Notes: generated by a model not told the origin, from the letters alone. A stretch of DNA of 64,000 bases from an uncultured virus (IMG/VR IMGVR_UViG_3300027963_000002) (IMGVR_UViG_3300027963_000002), one strand, 5' to 3'. Positions 1-11,600 are shown, counted from the stretch's first letter. Numbers and translations are program-made.

Positions 1-54
1 GTTAGCCTTCAGGGTTGGTTGAGCGAACAAATTGGAATCTTTAACGCCAAATGA
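1..54 (+). CDS. 3' end of upstream ORF, possibly Rz-like spanin (partial)
   Basis: Frame 1 reads VSLQGWLSEQIGIFNAK*, overlapping the endolysin start (ATGA); LQGW..EQ resembles i-spanin C-termini. Confidence 0.4.
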   Translation, partial: VSLQGWLSEQIGIFNAK

Positions 55-638
55 ACAGCTTGCAATTAAAAGAACTTGGCATAGACACCAAATGGGAAAT
101 TCCGTTAAATCAAGTCTTTGTTAAATATGACCTCGACACACCTAAGCGTCAAGCAGCGTTTATTGGTCAGTGTGCTGTTGAGAGTGCTAACTTTACTCGT
201 TTACAAGAGAACCTTAATTACTCCGCCCAAAGACTAACGCAAGTCTGGCCTAGTCGTTTTCCTAATATTAGTATGGCAGAACCTTACGCTAACAACCCAG
301 AAAAGCTGGCTAACTTTGTATACGCTGGACGGATGGGTAATCTCCAAGACGGCGATGGATGGAAGTTTCACGGTAGAGGTTTAATACAACTAACAGGTAG
401 AGAGAATTATGCGAATTGCGGAAGTGGTGTTGGTGTCGATCTTATTAATAACCCTGATTTATTACTCACTCCCAAATATGCCGTTTTAAGTGCGGGCTGG
501 TTTTGGAACAAAAAGGGCTTAAACACTCTTGCAGACACACAAGAATACGGCGCAATGACCAGAAGAATTAACGGCGGTCTTACGGGTTTAGACGAAAGAA
601 TTGCTAAAATAACCAAAGCACTACAGGTACTAGGGTAA
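51..638 (+). CDS. Glycoside hydrolase family 19 endolysin
   Basis: AAFIGQCAVES, ENLNYS, GDGWKFHGRGLIQLTGRENY, TRRINGG motifs. Confidence 0.9.
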   Translation: MNSLQLKELGIDTKWEIPLNQVFVKYDLDTPKRQAAFIGQCAVESANFTRLQENLNYSAQRLTQVWPSRFPNISMAEPYANNPEKLANFVYAGRMGNLQDGDGWKFHGRGLIQLTGRENYANCGSGVGVDLINNPDLLLTPKYAVLSAGWFWNKKGLNTLADTQEYGAMTRRINGGLTGLDERIAKITKALQVLG

Positions 639-640
639 CT

Positions 641-2800
641 ATGCCATTACAGAAAATTCAATTGCGCCCCGGTTTAAATCGTGAAGGCACTAACTACTCG
701 AATGAGGGTGGATATTATGATGGTGATAAGATTCGTTTCCGTTCTGGCTACCCTGAAAAAATTGGTGGTTGGACACGGTTAAGCATTAACTACTTCCTTG
801 GTGTTGCTAGGTCGTTATGGAACTGGGCTACATTAGCTGGTGCCAACTTACTTGGTATTGGAACTAACCTTAAATACTATATTGAAAACGGTGGCATTTA
901 CTACGACATTACACCAATCGTTGCCACCGCTAATGAAGTTAATGCTATATCGGTTGGCTTTACAACCCTAGTTAACACTATTTCAAACTCTACTACAACT
1001 GTAGTAATGACTAATGCTAGGTATATGCCCACTCAAAATGGCATTATTAAGATTGATACGGAACAGATTTTTTATAGCACCCTAACAGCCAATACTGCCT
1101 CTTCATGCGTAAGAGGGTTTAACAATACTACGGCAGCTTCTCATACGGCTGGCGCTAATGTATCTAGCGGGTTCTTTCAATGGTATGACACTAATAACGA
1201 TGCTAACAATGGCGATTTTGTTATTATTTCTAACTGCTCGGTATCTAACGTAGGTGGCATAGCTAACACAACTATTAACGGCGAACATCAGACTTTCAAA
1301 TATGCAGCTAACTACAACTACATTTTATCTGCTCCCGGATCTGACAATAACTTATCCAATATTACTTTTAGTACTTCTTCTGCCACAAACTTAGCTAATA
1401 TAACGGTTCAAAATGAATACCCGGTTGGTTTAGCTATTTACTCTATTGGTAATGGCTGGGGTGCTGGGCCTTGGAGTCGAGGTACTTGGGGTTCTGCTTA
1501 TGATACTGGCGCTGGCGTGGGTCAACAGTTGCGGCTTTGGTCTAACGATAACTATGGTCAGGACTTAGTTCTTGCTCCTCGTGGTGGCCCAATTTTTTAC
1601 TGGACGGCGGCAAACGGTACAGGATCTAGAGCGGAGTATCTATCGGCATTAGCTAATACGGCATCCTATAGCGGGCAGTTTGTTCCTAAAATAACCAATG
1701 AAGTTGTAGCTTCAGATATTCAACGATTTGTAATGACTTTTGGTGCTAATTCGTATGACCCTACAAATGCTAATACTGATTTTGATCCTATGTTGGTACG
1801 TTGGTCAGATCAAGAAAACCCCTACGAATGGGTTCCAGCTATAACCAATCAAGCTGGTGAGTTTAGACTTTCGCACGGTTCATATATTGTTTCAACTATT
1901 AACACCCGCCAAGAAGTTTTAGTGTTAACAGATTCGACCGTGTATTCAATGCAGTATTTAGGGCCACCCTATGTTTGGGGCTTCCAAGTAATTATGGATA
2001 ACACTTCAATTATGGGGCCAAATGCAATTATTACAATTAACAACATTACTTACTGGATGGGTACGGACAAGTTCTATATGTATTCTGGTAGGGTGGAAAC
2101 TTTGCCTTGTGCGCTGCGGCAATATGTTTTTGCTGATATTAATAAAGATCAAGCATGGCAAGTTACCGTAGGATCTAATGAAGGATTTAATGAAATTTGG
2201 TGGTTCTATTGCTCACAAAACAGTACGGTAATTGATAAGTATGTAATCTATAACTACTTAGATCGTGTTTGGTCTTATGGTAATTTAAACCGTACTTCGT
2301 GGCTAGATTCTGGTATTCGTCCAAACCCAATGGGTGTGTATATTGTTGGCGCAGATGCTTTATTAAACCCAACAGGGCGAGTTGTTTACCATGAGGTTGG
2401 TAATGACGATGCGGGCGGTTTATCTAGTTTACCCATTAGCGCTTATGTGCAGTCTTCCGATTTTGATATTGGGGATGGGAATAACTTTGCTTATGTCTGG
2501 AGAATGTTGCCCGATGTTAACTTTAATGGCTCAAATGTAGACCAGCCTTCTGTTGTTATGGAACTTCAACCCCGCCAAAACTCAGGTTCAGCCTATGGAG
2601 ATGCAGCTAACGCCACTACAACAAGTTCACAGAACTATGTAACATACCCCCAATATACGGTACAACAGTTTACAGGACAGGTTTATACCCGCTTACGTGG
2701 TCGCCAAATGGCAATGAAAATTAGCTCAAATGGATTGGGTGTAGCTTGGCAGTTAGGCGCACCAAGGATTGATATTAGACCAGACGGAAGACGCTCATGA
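641..2800 (+). CDS. Tail hub/nozzle protein (P22 gp10 / T7 gp12-like)
   Basis: 719 aa, beta-rich, VRWSDQEN and EIWWFY motifs; directly upstream of ejection genes. Confidence 0.65.
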   Translation: MPLQKIQLRPGLNREGTNYSNEGGYYDGDKIRFRSGYPEKIGGWTRLSINYFLGVARSLWNWATLAGANLLGIGTNLKYYIENGGIYYDITPIVATANEVNAISVGFTTLVNTISNSTTTVVMTNARYMPTQNGIIKIDTEQIFYSTLTANTASSCVRGFNNTTAASHTAGANVSSGFFQWYDTNNDANNGDFVIISNCSVSNVGGIANTTINGEHQTFKYAANYNYILSAPGSDNNLSNITFSTSSATNLANITVQNEYPVGLAIYSIGNGWGAGPWSRGTWGSAYDTGAGVGQQLRLWSNDNYGQDLVLAPRGGPIFYWTAANGTGSRAEYLSALANTASYSGQFVPKITNEVVASDIQRFVMTFGANSYDPTNANTDFDPMLVRWSDQENPYEWVPAITNQAGEFRLSHGSYIVSTINTRQEVLVLTDSTVYSMQYLGPPYVWGFQVIMDNTSIMGPNAIITINNITYWMGTDKFYMYSGRVETLPCALRQYVFADINKDQAWQVTVGSNEGFNEIWWFYCSQNSTVIDKYVIYNYLDRVWSYGNLNRTSWLDSGIRPNPMGVYIVGADALLNPTGRVVYHEVGNDDAGGLSSLPISAYVQSSDFDIGDGNNFAYVWRMLPDVNFNGSNVDQPSVVMELQPRQNSGSAYGDAANATTTSSQNYVTYPQYTVQQFTGQVYTRLRGRQMAMKISSNGLGVAWQLGAPRIDIRPDGRRS

Positions 2801-3102
2801 GTACAGGCACTACTAAAGCACCTAACTTACCAATTGCGCCGGTGGAGTATAACCAACAATTCCAAGACCAATTTAATAACGTCTTGCGGCTTTACTTTAA
2901 CCAGCTAGATAATCCGGGACCCTCGGTAATGTCTACACAACGTAACGGAACGGCGGTCATTTCTGCCCTTAATTTTAGCCAAGCCAATGCCACAGGAGTT
3001 AGAGTGATTAGTCTTCCAACCCAGTCTGATTTAGCCAATATTACGGTGGGTTCGGTTTATGTTGATACAGCTAACGCTAATGTTTTGAAAGTCAAGATTT
3101 AA
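2797..3102 (+). CDS. Small virion/tail-associated protein
   Basis: APNLPIAPVEY..NNVLRLYFNQLD N-terminus; coupled to tail hub gene. Confidence 0.55.
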   Translation: MSTGTTKAPNLPIAPVEYNQQFQDQFNNVLRLYFNQLDNPGPSVMSTQRNGTAVISALNFSQANATGVRVISLPTQSDLANITVGSVYVDTANANVLKVKI

Positions 3103-3112
3103 ATGGTAAAAT
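3085..3112 (+). promoter_or_regulatory. Sigma70-like promoter
   Basis: TTGAAA-16nt-TAAAAT with extended TGn. Confidence 0.5.
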
Positions 3113-3140
3113 TCAATAACTCTAACCCCGTGAGGCCCAC

Positions 3141-5483
3141 ATGAGTCTACATAATTTAGCAAACCACGTCCAGTCGTTAGGGCGAGGAAAAGACTCGCAA
3201 TTAGTTCATATGACACCTAGAGAAGTTGGGGGTTTACAAACCTTAGCTAGAGCGCACGGTGGGTCTCTAAGTATTAACCCTAATACGGGTTTACCCGAAG
3301 CTGGATTTTTAAGTGATATTTTGCCTACTATAGCTGGATCGGTTGTAGGGGCATATGCGGGCCCGGCGGCAGGCGCAGCCGTAGGTGGTGGGTTAGGGTA
3401 TGCCATGAGTGGTGGTAATCTGCAAAAAGGCTTGATGTCAGGCATTGGCGCTTATGGTGGTTCGCAGATAGGTTCTAATTTTATGGATGTTGGATCTTCT
3501 TCTGTGGCATCTGGAATAGTACCCCAAGCTGAATTGGCTGGCACGGAAGCGCTTAAAAATGCAGGATTTCAATATGGAGCTAACGGCCCAATAACACCAG
3601 AAGATGTTGGTAAATACGTATCTTCTGGACAAATTACGCAAGAACAATCTAAGTTATATGGTGACGCATATTCAAAAGCATTTAGCGGAGCCCCTTCTTC
3701 TTTAGCAGCAGGTTTATCGGATAGTAGTGCATGGGCAAAAAATGCAATGCCATTAGGCATGCTTGCTTTAGGTTCTCTTGGTGCAGCTAATTCAGGTACT
3801 ACAGGAGTAAATGCCCCAGCGGGTACGCTAACTCCCGGATATATCCGTCCTTATACATATTCACAAACTAAAAATTCAAATTTTGGTCAACCCGGACAAC
3901 CTTATTTTAACCAATCGTATTCGGCACAAACACCAATCTTAGCTTCAAATTACAACACTACTGCTATGTATCCGCAATCGACTACCGCTGCTGGCGGCGG
4001 TTTAATGGCTTTAGCTGGCGGTGGTATGGCAATGGATCAAAACCCAATGTATCCGGGCAGCCAGCAAGTGCCATCTCAGTACGCCACGCCTTCTCAAGCA
4101 CCAATAAGCTCAAGCGCTCTTAACGCTAGTTACGAAACAAAAACAGACCCATATACTGGTGAAATGAAACTAGCTAATGGTGGAATTGCTTCTATACAAC
4201 GCTATGATGATGGTGGGGACGTACAGCAGCAAGCACCCCAAGCAGAATCTACTTGGAAACCTACTGACCCAGTAAAACTGCAATCAATGGATCAAATGTT
4301 AGCTGGAGATAATAGCGGTAAATCCTACAATCCTACTGAGCATGGATATAAATGGAATGGTAGAGGATTTGTTAACCCTAATGGTGCAACTTTATCAGTA
4401 GACCAAAATGGTACAGTAACCCAAGCGCTACCTTCTCATAAAGATTACGAATTTAATGGCAAATACTGGAATCCAGCAGGCGAAAACATAGCTTGGAATC
4501 CAGAAAAAAACCAAACTGCATATAAAGTTGATGGGGTTGAAGTACCTATTGAACGACAAGCTACAAAAGGTATTGCTGCATTTACTGATGCTAAAGGCAA
4601 ACCCCAGATGCAAATGGGTAAAGAAGGCTTACCAGTTTTTACTGAACCAGAAGGATTGAGGCAATCAAAACTTTGGATGGATGAATATGGCGCACCAGCA
4701 TTGGCTGGTTTAGCGTTAGGTGGAGCTGGCGCTTTAGCTGGTGGTGCATTTGGTGCTGCTGGTACAACAATGGCAGGAGAAACTGCTGCGGGTGCTGGCG
4801 GTGCTGGGGCTATGGGAAGTGAAAATGTATTTAGTGGTTTTTCACCAACTGGGTCTAGTGCTGGATATGCAGGATCAAGTAGTCCCGGTGCTTTTCCCGG
4901 TGTATCTTCCGCTGATTTGGGTATGACGGCTACTAATGCAGCTTCTAGTGCTATACCTAATGCTGTTCCTGCTGCCGGAAGCTTAATGCCAAATTCAAAC
5001 TATATGTTAGGAACATATTTAGCTTCACAAGCACTTGGTGGTAGAGGTGGTATAGGTGGTAGTGGTGGTGATGTAGGCGGCGGAATTGGTAATCCATATC
5101 CAACAACATCTGCATTACAAATACCACAATACAATTCTGCAACGCACCAATATGTAAACGCTGCTCAAGGTGGAATAATGGGGCACTATGCGTCTGGCGG
5201 CATATCTAATTTAGGCGGTTATTCAGATGGTGGGCGCTTATTAAAAGGTCCCGGTGATGGCGTATCAGATAGCATCCCAGCACAAATTGGAAATAACCAA
5301 CCAGCTAGACTTGCAGATGGTGAGTTTGTAGTACCCGCCCGCATAGTGTCAGAACTTGGAAATGGTAGTACGGAAGCTGGCGCAAAGCAGCTATATAAGA
5401 TGATGGATCGGATTCAAGCAAAACGCCGTAAAACTAAAAATATGGCTACCGATACAAAATCATATAAAGCTTTACCAGCATGA
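3141..5483 (+). CDS. Putative internal virion / DNA ejection protein
   Basis: Gly/Ala-rich; GSLSINPNTGLPE N-terminus and GPGDGVSDSIPA..ARLADGEFVVPA C-terminal domain. Confidence 0.6.
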   Translation: MSLHNLANHVQSLGRGKDSQLVHMTPREVGGLQTLARAHGGSLSINPNTGLPEAGFLSDILPTIAGSVVGAYAGPAAGAAVGGGLGYAMSGGNLQKGLMSGIGAYGGSQIGSNFMDVGSSSVASGIVPQAELAGTEALKNAGFQYGANGPITPEDVGKYVSSGQITQEQSKLYGDAYSKAFSGAPSSLAAGLSDSSAWAKNAMPLGMLALGSLGAANSGTTGVNAPAGTLTPGYIRPYTYSQTKNSNFGQPGQPYFNQSYSAQTPILASNYNTTAMYPQSTTAAGGGLMALAGGGMAMDQNPMYPGSQQVPSQYATPSQAPISSSALNASYETKTDPYTGEMKLANGGIASIQRYDDGGDVQQQAPQAESTWKPTDPVKLQSMDQMLAGDNSGKSYNPTEHGYKWNGRGFVNPNGATLSVDQNGTVTQALPSHKDYEFNGKYWNPAGENIAWNPEKNQTAYKVDGVEVPIERQATKGIAAFTDAKGKPQMQMGKEGLPVFTEPEGLRQSKLWMDEYGAPALAGLALGGAGALAGGAFGAAGTTMAGETAAGAGGAGAMGSENVFSGFSPTGSSAGYAGSSSPGAFPGVSSADLGMTATNAASSAIPNAVPAAGSLMPNSNYMLGTYLASQALGGRGGIGGSGGDVGGGIGNPYPTTSALQIPQYNSATHQYVNAAQGGIMGHYASGGISNLGGYSDGGRLLKGPGDGVSDSIPAQIGNNQPARLADGEFVVPARIVSELGNGSTEAGAKQLYKMMDRIQAKRRKTKNMATDTKSYKALPA

Positions 5484-5920
5484 ATCTTGAACTTACTTTA
5501 ATACCTATAGGCCATGTATCAGAAACAATACCTAGCATACTTAAGTACCTTAAAGAGTCTGAAACATGGACTAGAGGACGGCTTAAAGTTGATGACGTAT
5601 TACGCCTTGTTCTTACTGGAAGCATGCAGTTATGGGTCGTATTTTCCCCAGACGACAACCAAGTCTATGGACACATCATTACCGAAATCAAACAATACCC
5701 GCAAACCAAAATGTTAATTATTCAAGACTGCTGTGTTGAACCGCACCACTTAGCCTACATTGAAGATAAAATGCAGGATATAGCAGAACGTTTTGCTAAA
5801 GATTCCGGTTGTAGTGGTATTGAATTCACAGGCCGTCCCGGTTGGGGCAAGCGCATTAGTAAGTATGGATATGATTTATATAGCATAACCTATCAAAGAT
5901 TTTTTAAGGAACAATTATGA
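5480..5920 (+). CDS. GNAT-like protein in the ejection module
   Basis: FAKDSGCSGIEFTGRPGW motif. Confidence 0.55.
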   Translation: MNLELTLIPIGHVSETIPSILKYLKESETWTRGRLKVDDVLRLVLTGSMQLWVVFSPDDNQVYGHIITEIKQYPQTKMLIIQDCCVEPHHLAYIEDKMQDIAERFAKDSGCSGIEFTGRPGWGKRISKYGYDLYSITYQRFFKEQL

Positions 5921-7089
5921 ATTCAGGCGGCGGCGGGTCTTCGCAACCCACACAACAAACAACGCAGCAATCTAGCGTGCCTTCATATGTACAACCGTAT
6001 GTTGAAAACGTATTGGGGCGCTCTGCGGCTTTAACAGACATCAACCAAAACCCATATACGCCATATTCTGGGCAGCAAGTAGCTGATGCTTCGTCACTTC
6101 AACAACAGTCTTATACAGGAGCCGCTAACTTAGCAACACCCGGACAATTTGGTCAAGCTACAAATTATGCTACTCAAGCAGGTCAAGGTATGTTGGGAAC
6201 TACCGGTTCGGCTTTAGGTTATGGTTCTCAAGGCGCTGGCTACGGTTCTCAAGGGGCTGGCTTAGGAATTTCTGGCGGCGCACAATATGGTTCTCAAGGC
6301 GCTGGCTACGGTCAACAAGCTACACAAGCAGGGCAGAATTATCAGAATTTAGCTACTAGTCCTGCGGCTATGCAAGCCTACATGAATCCTTATATTCAAC
6401 AATCTTTACAGCCCCAGCTACAACTTTTAAACCAACAACAAGCTATACAAGCCCAAGACATTAATGCTAAAGCTGCTGGTCAAGGTGCTTTTGGTGGTAA
6501 CCGTGCAACCCTAGCACAAGGACTAAACGCACAGAATTTTGATTTAGCAAGACAAAATGCCATTGGTCAAGGGTATAACACGGCATTTACTAATGCTCAA
6601 CAGGCGCAACAGTTTGGTTCTAACTTAGGTCTTCAAGGTCTTCAAACTGGTATACAAGGCGCTAATACAGGTTTAGCTGGAGTTAATGCGCAATTAGCTG
6701 GTACTGCTCAAGGTATGCAGGGCGCTCAAGTTGGGTTGCAAGGCGTTGCTGGTGCGCAAGCTGGGTATTCTGGAGCTAACCAAGCGGCTGGAACATTAAG
6801 TGGTATTGGATCTGCACAGAATTCAGCTAATTTAAATAACTTAAGTATGCAAAACCAGCTTGGTGGTCAACAACAAGCTCTTAATCAAGCACAGCTTAAT
6901 GTGCCATATCAACAGTACCAAGAGAATCTTAACTACCCATACAAACAATTGGCATTTCAACAAGGTATGTTTAGTGGTTTACCAATGTCACAATCAGCTC
7001 AAACTATGTACCAACAACAGCCTAATACGGGTCAACAAGCCCTAGGATTAGGTCTTGGCGCATTGGGTGCATACAGAGCGTTTGCTTAA
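5917..7089 (+). CDS. Putative DNA pilot/ejection protein
   Basis: Q/G/A-rich; YMNPY and GAFGGNR motifs; hydrophobic C-terminal GLGLGALG. Confidence 0.6.
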   Translation: MNSGGGGSSQPTQQTTQQSSVPSYVQPYVENVLGRSAALTDINQNPYTPYSGQQVADASSLQQQSYTGAANLATPGQFGQATNYATQAGQGMLGTTGSALGYGSQGAGYGSQGAGLGISGGAQYGSQGAGYGQQATQAGQNYQNLATSPAAMQAYMNPYIQQSLQPQLQLLNQQQAIQAQDINAKAAGQGAFGGNRATLAQGLNAQNFDLARQNAIGQGYNTAFTNAQQAQQFGSNLGLQGLQTGIQGANTGLAGVNAQLAGTAQGMQGAQVGLQGVAGAQAGYSGANQAAGTLSGIGSAQNSANLNNLSMQNQLGGQQQALNQAQLNVPYQQYQENLNYPYKQLAFQQGMFSGLPMSQSAQTMYQQQPNTGQQALGLGLGALGAYRAFA

Positions 7090-7098
7090 GGAAATAAT

Positions 7099-8607
7099 AT
7101 GAATGCAATTATGCCATCTATGGGTTCACGGGGTATGTCCGGTATTGGAGCCCCACCCATTCAAAGTCCAGCACAAAACCCACAAGGTATGCCTCAAGAA
7201 AACATGGGGCAAGTAATGGCTTTAGCTCGCAAAATGAGTGACATGCAGTTGGCTGACGTGTTGTCTGGTAAAAATATGGACGTACCCCAGTTTGCCGCAA
7301 TGACGGAAGCTATGGGTCGTAGGTCTTTACGTAATGCAATGAAGGGCGCACAAGCGCAGGGGCAGTTACAAAAACCCAATCTTAAACAACAAACCCTTGC
7401 TGAGTTACAAGCAGAACAAGCACCACCGTTAACTCCTCAAATGAATCCAGCATTACAGCCACAACAAGCACAGCCAACCATGACGGCAGCTGAAGGTGGG
7501 TTGGCTTCTTTACCTGCTCCTAATATGGAGTCTATGGATATGGCTGCTGGTGGTATTGTTGCGTTTGCTGATGAAAGTAATGATCAAGAAGTGCGAGATC
7601 CAAATAAGCCATTAACTAAAGAAGAAATGGAAGCTGTGTTGCAAGGACGAGGCTTACCAAGCACTAAAAAATTATCAGCAATTCAAGAGTTTTTTCAACT
7701 TCCAGAAAACATTGGCAGCAGCCAAAGAATGCGCCCCTATACGCAAGAACGTAAAGCACAAAAGGCAGCAGCAGCGTTAACACCAGAAGCATTAGATGCT
7801 AAAGCTAGAAGTGAGGGTGTTTTTCCAGAAGGATCACCAGCTTTGCCGGGTTCTAACTTAGCTGTTGCTCCACCAGTTGCTACCCCACCCGCCGGTCTTG
7901 CTGCTGCCGCTGCTCGTGCACCTGTTCCTGCTGGTAAGGTTGTTGCAGCTCCAGTTGTTGATGATTTTAAATCGTACATGGACATGATTAAAAACAATTC
8001 TAATGATTATTTGTCTAAACTTGAAGGGCTAAGTGAAAAACAACGTTCCGGTCTTGCACAAATACGTAAAGAAAGTGGCGGGGAGGCTATGATGCAAATG
8101 GCAGCCGCACTACTTGGCACTCCAAATATGGCTATGGGTGTATCAAAAGGCTTACCAATGGTTGCATCTACTGCCGCTTCATCACGTAAAGAACAACGAG
8201 ACATTGAACGTGCTGCTGGGGAAATGGATTTAAATATAGCTAAAGCCCGTGAAGCAGCTAAAAGAGGCGATATGGATTCTGCTTTGGCATACAAAAAATT
8301 AGCAGATGACGCGGCTTATAGAAAACAAAACCTTGCTTTACAACAAGCCCAATTAAATCAAGCTCCTGATGCAATACGTACTTTACAAGCATTGCGTGAT
8401 CCAAAAATGATGGAACTTTACAAAGAAATGAATGCGGCTAAAAAACCAACGGACGTAGTACCAAGAGCGACTGCGCTTAAAGAATACAACGATGATCGTA
8501 AGTTACAAAGGCTATACCCCGATTTTGAAACATATTATAAGATGATTAACAACCAGTTATTATCTGCTACAATTCCGGGACAGGGCGCACCAACAAGACC
8601 GTACTAG
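7099..8607 (+). CDS. Putative internal virion protein
   Basis: Helical low-complexity 502 aa between pilot and giant protein. Confidence 0.5.
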   Translation: MNAIMPSMGSRGMSGIGAPPIQSPAQNPQGMPQENMGQVMALARKMSDMQLADVLSGKNMDVPQFAAMTEAMGRRSLRNAMKGAQAQGQLQKPNLKQQTLAELQAEQAPPLTPQMNPALQPQQAQPTMTAAEGGLASLPAPNMESMDMAAGGIVAFADESNDQEVRDPNKPLTKEEMEAVLQGRGLPSTKKLSAIQEFFQLPENIGSSQRMRPYTQERKAQKAAAALTPEALDAKARSEGVFPEGSPALPGSNLAVAPPVATPPAGLAAAAARAPVPAGKVVAAPVVDDFKSYMDMIKNNSNDYLSKLEGLSEKQRSGLAQIRKESGGEAMMQMAAALLGTPNMAMGVSKGLPMVASTAASSRKEQRDIERAAGEMDLNIAKAREAAKRGDMDSALAYKKLADDAAYRKQNLALQQAQLNQAPDAIRTLQALRDPKMMELYKEMNAAKKPTDVVPRATALKEYNDDRKLQRLYPDFETYYKMINNQLLSATIPGQGAPTRPY

Positions 8608-8638
8608 TATCGCCAACTAGTTTTTAAAACAGAAAAAT

Positions 8639-11600
8639 ATGCCCTATTTGCGCTTACCTGATGGTTCGTACATGGAAGTCCCGGAAGGGGTGTCCCAAGG
8701 TGAAGCTTTAGCGCACGCTAGAGAAAAATACAAAGAATTATTTACGCCTGCAGTAAAACCAGATACGGGTCTTACAGGTGCCGCTAAAGCAGGTTACCAA
8801 ACACTTAAAGGCGATATAGCCGCCTTAGCCGGTAAAACCGGTTTAATGGATGTAGAAGAAGCTCAAAAGTATCAACAAGAACGCCAAGCAGAAGCCGCTC
8901 GTGTATTTAAACCAACTGAAGAAGGTTGGACAGAAGCTCCGTTTTTAAAAGCCCGTGAATTAATTGGTGGTTCTTTACCGTATATGGCAGCACCAGTTGC
9001 TGCTGGTCTTGGCGCATTAGCTTTACCTGCTACCGCTCCAGCCGCACTTGTTACGGGCACTGCTATGGGTTTAGCTGGCTTAGCGTCAGGCGCACAATTT
9101 ACTGGTTCAAATCTTTCCCGTCAAATGGAAGAGGGCAAACAGCTTAAAGATACAGATTTAGTTGCCGCTGGCGCTGCAGCAATTCCACAAGCCGCCCTAG
9201 ATGTTATTGGTTTCCGTTATATTCCCGGTATTCAAAGAATCTTTAAGTCGGCAGGTAAAGAAATATCCGAACAAGCTGCTAAAAAAATGCTAGATCAAGG
9301 CATTATGAAAACTGCAGGGCAGTACATTGCTGGCGGCGCTAAGATTAGCGGTATTGAAGGTGCTACAGAAGCTGGGCAACAAGTTTTTGAACGTTTACAA
9401 GCTGGGTTAAATATTGCTGATAAGCAAGCCCGTGATGAGTATTTTGATAGCTTTATTGGTGGCGCTGCTTTAGGTGCTATTGCCTCACCATTTGGTGTTC
9501 GTGGTCAACGTGGTCAAGCCAAAGAAGTAGTAGCCAAAGCAGAAGCAAAACGTGCAGACGAACTTGCCGCAGAGCAAGCCAATAAAAAAGAACAAACTAA
9601 ACTACAAAAAGAACAACAAGCTACCGGCAATTTGTTTGGAGAAGCCGCCCCTACAGCTAAAGAAGTAAGCCCCTTACCCGGAGCAGCAAGCACATTAACT
9701 GTACGGGAACGTGAGGCTGAAGCTGGTAATTTAAAAGAAACCCAGCAAACAGAGCGTAGTCAGTTATTAAAAGAATCAGATTTGTATGCTAAACAAATAG
9801 CAGACATTGAAAAACAACGTGATGCTGCCGCTGAAAAAGGCGATATTAAAACATTTGGTGCGTTAGACGCTCAAGCTAGATCTTTAGAAGCTGCTACCAA
9901 CACTATTAATAGCAAGTTAAAAGAACTACCGGTTAATTTGTCGCCAGAAATGGAAATGGCTAAACTTCGTGGTGAGCAAAAGAACTTAGTTAAACAGCTA
10001 CAAGGCATGACTGGCCCTTCATACGACTCCAAAAAAGCCGCAACAATAACTGAAAAACTTAGCAAAATAGAAACACAACTTGCGGAAGTTGCTCCCGGTG
10101 CTGCACAACTGGATATGTTTGATCCAGCTAAAATGCAAGCCGAAGCACGGGAAACAAGTGAACAACAAAAAGAAGCTCGCGCTCAAGAACAAACAGATTT
10201 GTTTGCTCAAGTACAAGGCAAAGGTAGAAAAGAAGTTCTTGATGCCGCAGCTATTGAAAGGTATCAAAAAGGTTTAGTTGATTTAGAAGAAGCCTACGCA
10301 TCTGGCGCAGATGAGCGCATTGTTAACAAGTTAATTGATGAATTACAAAAAGCAGGTAAAGAAAAAGATCAAGCTGTTGCTAAAGCAGGGGCTAAAACTG
10401 GGGCAGAACAAGAACAAGGCATTGCTAAACTTGAGCGTATTAAGCGTTCTATTAATGAAGAAGCAGCTAAGTTAGCCGGAGCCACAACTGATGAAGAAGT
10501 AAATGCCATTCGCACTAATATTGCAGCTTTACAAACTCGTTATGGAGCTGCACAAACCGAAAGAGCTACTGCAAACCCAGAAATTGTAGAGTCTGAAGCC
10601 AACCAAGAACAAAAAGATGCTGTATTAACTGCTGTAGAAGGCGCTCGTTCTATTTTATCTGGTGATTATTTAAATAGTAAGAACGTAGATGTAGCCTCAT
10701 CTTTAAAATCAGGCATTGAAACTGACATACGTGACGCAGGCGCTGCTTATATTAGAGCCGCTATTAAAGAAATTAATGCAGTACGGGCTATTAACAAACA
10801 ACAGCCTTTAACTAATGACGAAGCCCTTAAAGCCGCCCAAGCTATTAAGTCTCGTTTTGATTACATTGCAAAAGACCCTACGTATTTAGCTAACAGAGAA
10901 ATTGAAATATCTCGCCTTAAAAAACAACTTGCTAATACTCCTAAAGCTGACACCAAACGTATTACCCGTCTTGAAACCGCAATTAGTGGCTTAGAAAAAG
11001 ATCGCAATAAAAACCTTACAGTGTTTAAAGATGCTTTAGAAAAAATAAAGGTATCTAACTTTAAAGGCCCAACTAAGTTACAAAGAACAACCCCAACGCT
11101 TAAACAAGAACGTGACCCATTAGCTATGATGCGTAAAGAAATGGCAAAAACTGAGCCAGATCCAAAACGCATTGCCCAAATACAAAAAGAAATTGATGCT
11201 GGTAAAGCAGAAGATGCTCGTATTGAAGCAGAAAAAGCTAAACAAGAACAAGTTGAATTGCCGGGTGTTAACCCAGACCAACGTAGTTTGTTTGCTGAAA
11301 AAGAAGTACCTGCCTTGGCAACCGTACGCGCAACACCCGCAAACTTTATGCGGTTTGTTAACGCTCAAGCCGGTAAATTTAAAGTAGCAAAAGAAGCCGC
11401 TGAACGCGCTTTAAAAATACCAATGCAAAAAATTAAACAATTGCTTGGCAAAACATACGCTTTACATTTTGCAGAATTAGAAAAAACACGTTTAGAATTA
11501 GAAAATGTACGTGCAAAACAAATTCCAGAAATATACGTACCTACTGAAAATGCTTTAAAAAGTTACACAAAGTTGTTTATAGATGATCGGGTTAAAAGGT

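Noticed and set aside
6217..6312. Direct repeats GGTTCTCAAGGCGCTGGC
   Set aside because: Encode YGSQGAG peptide repeats in the pilot protein; not an array
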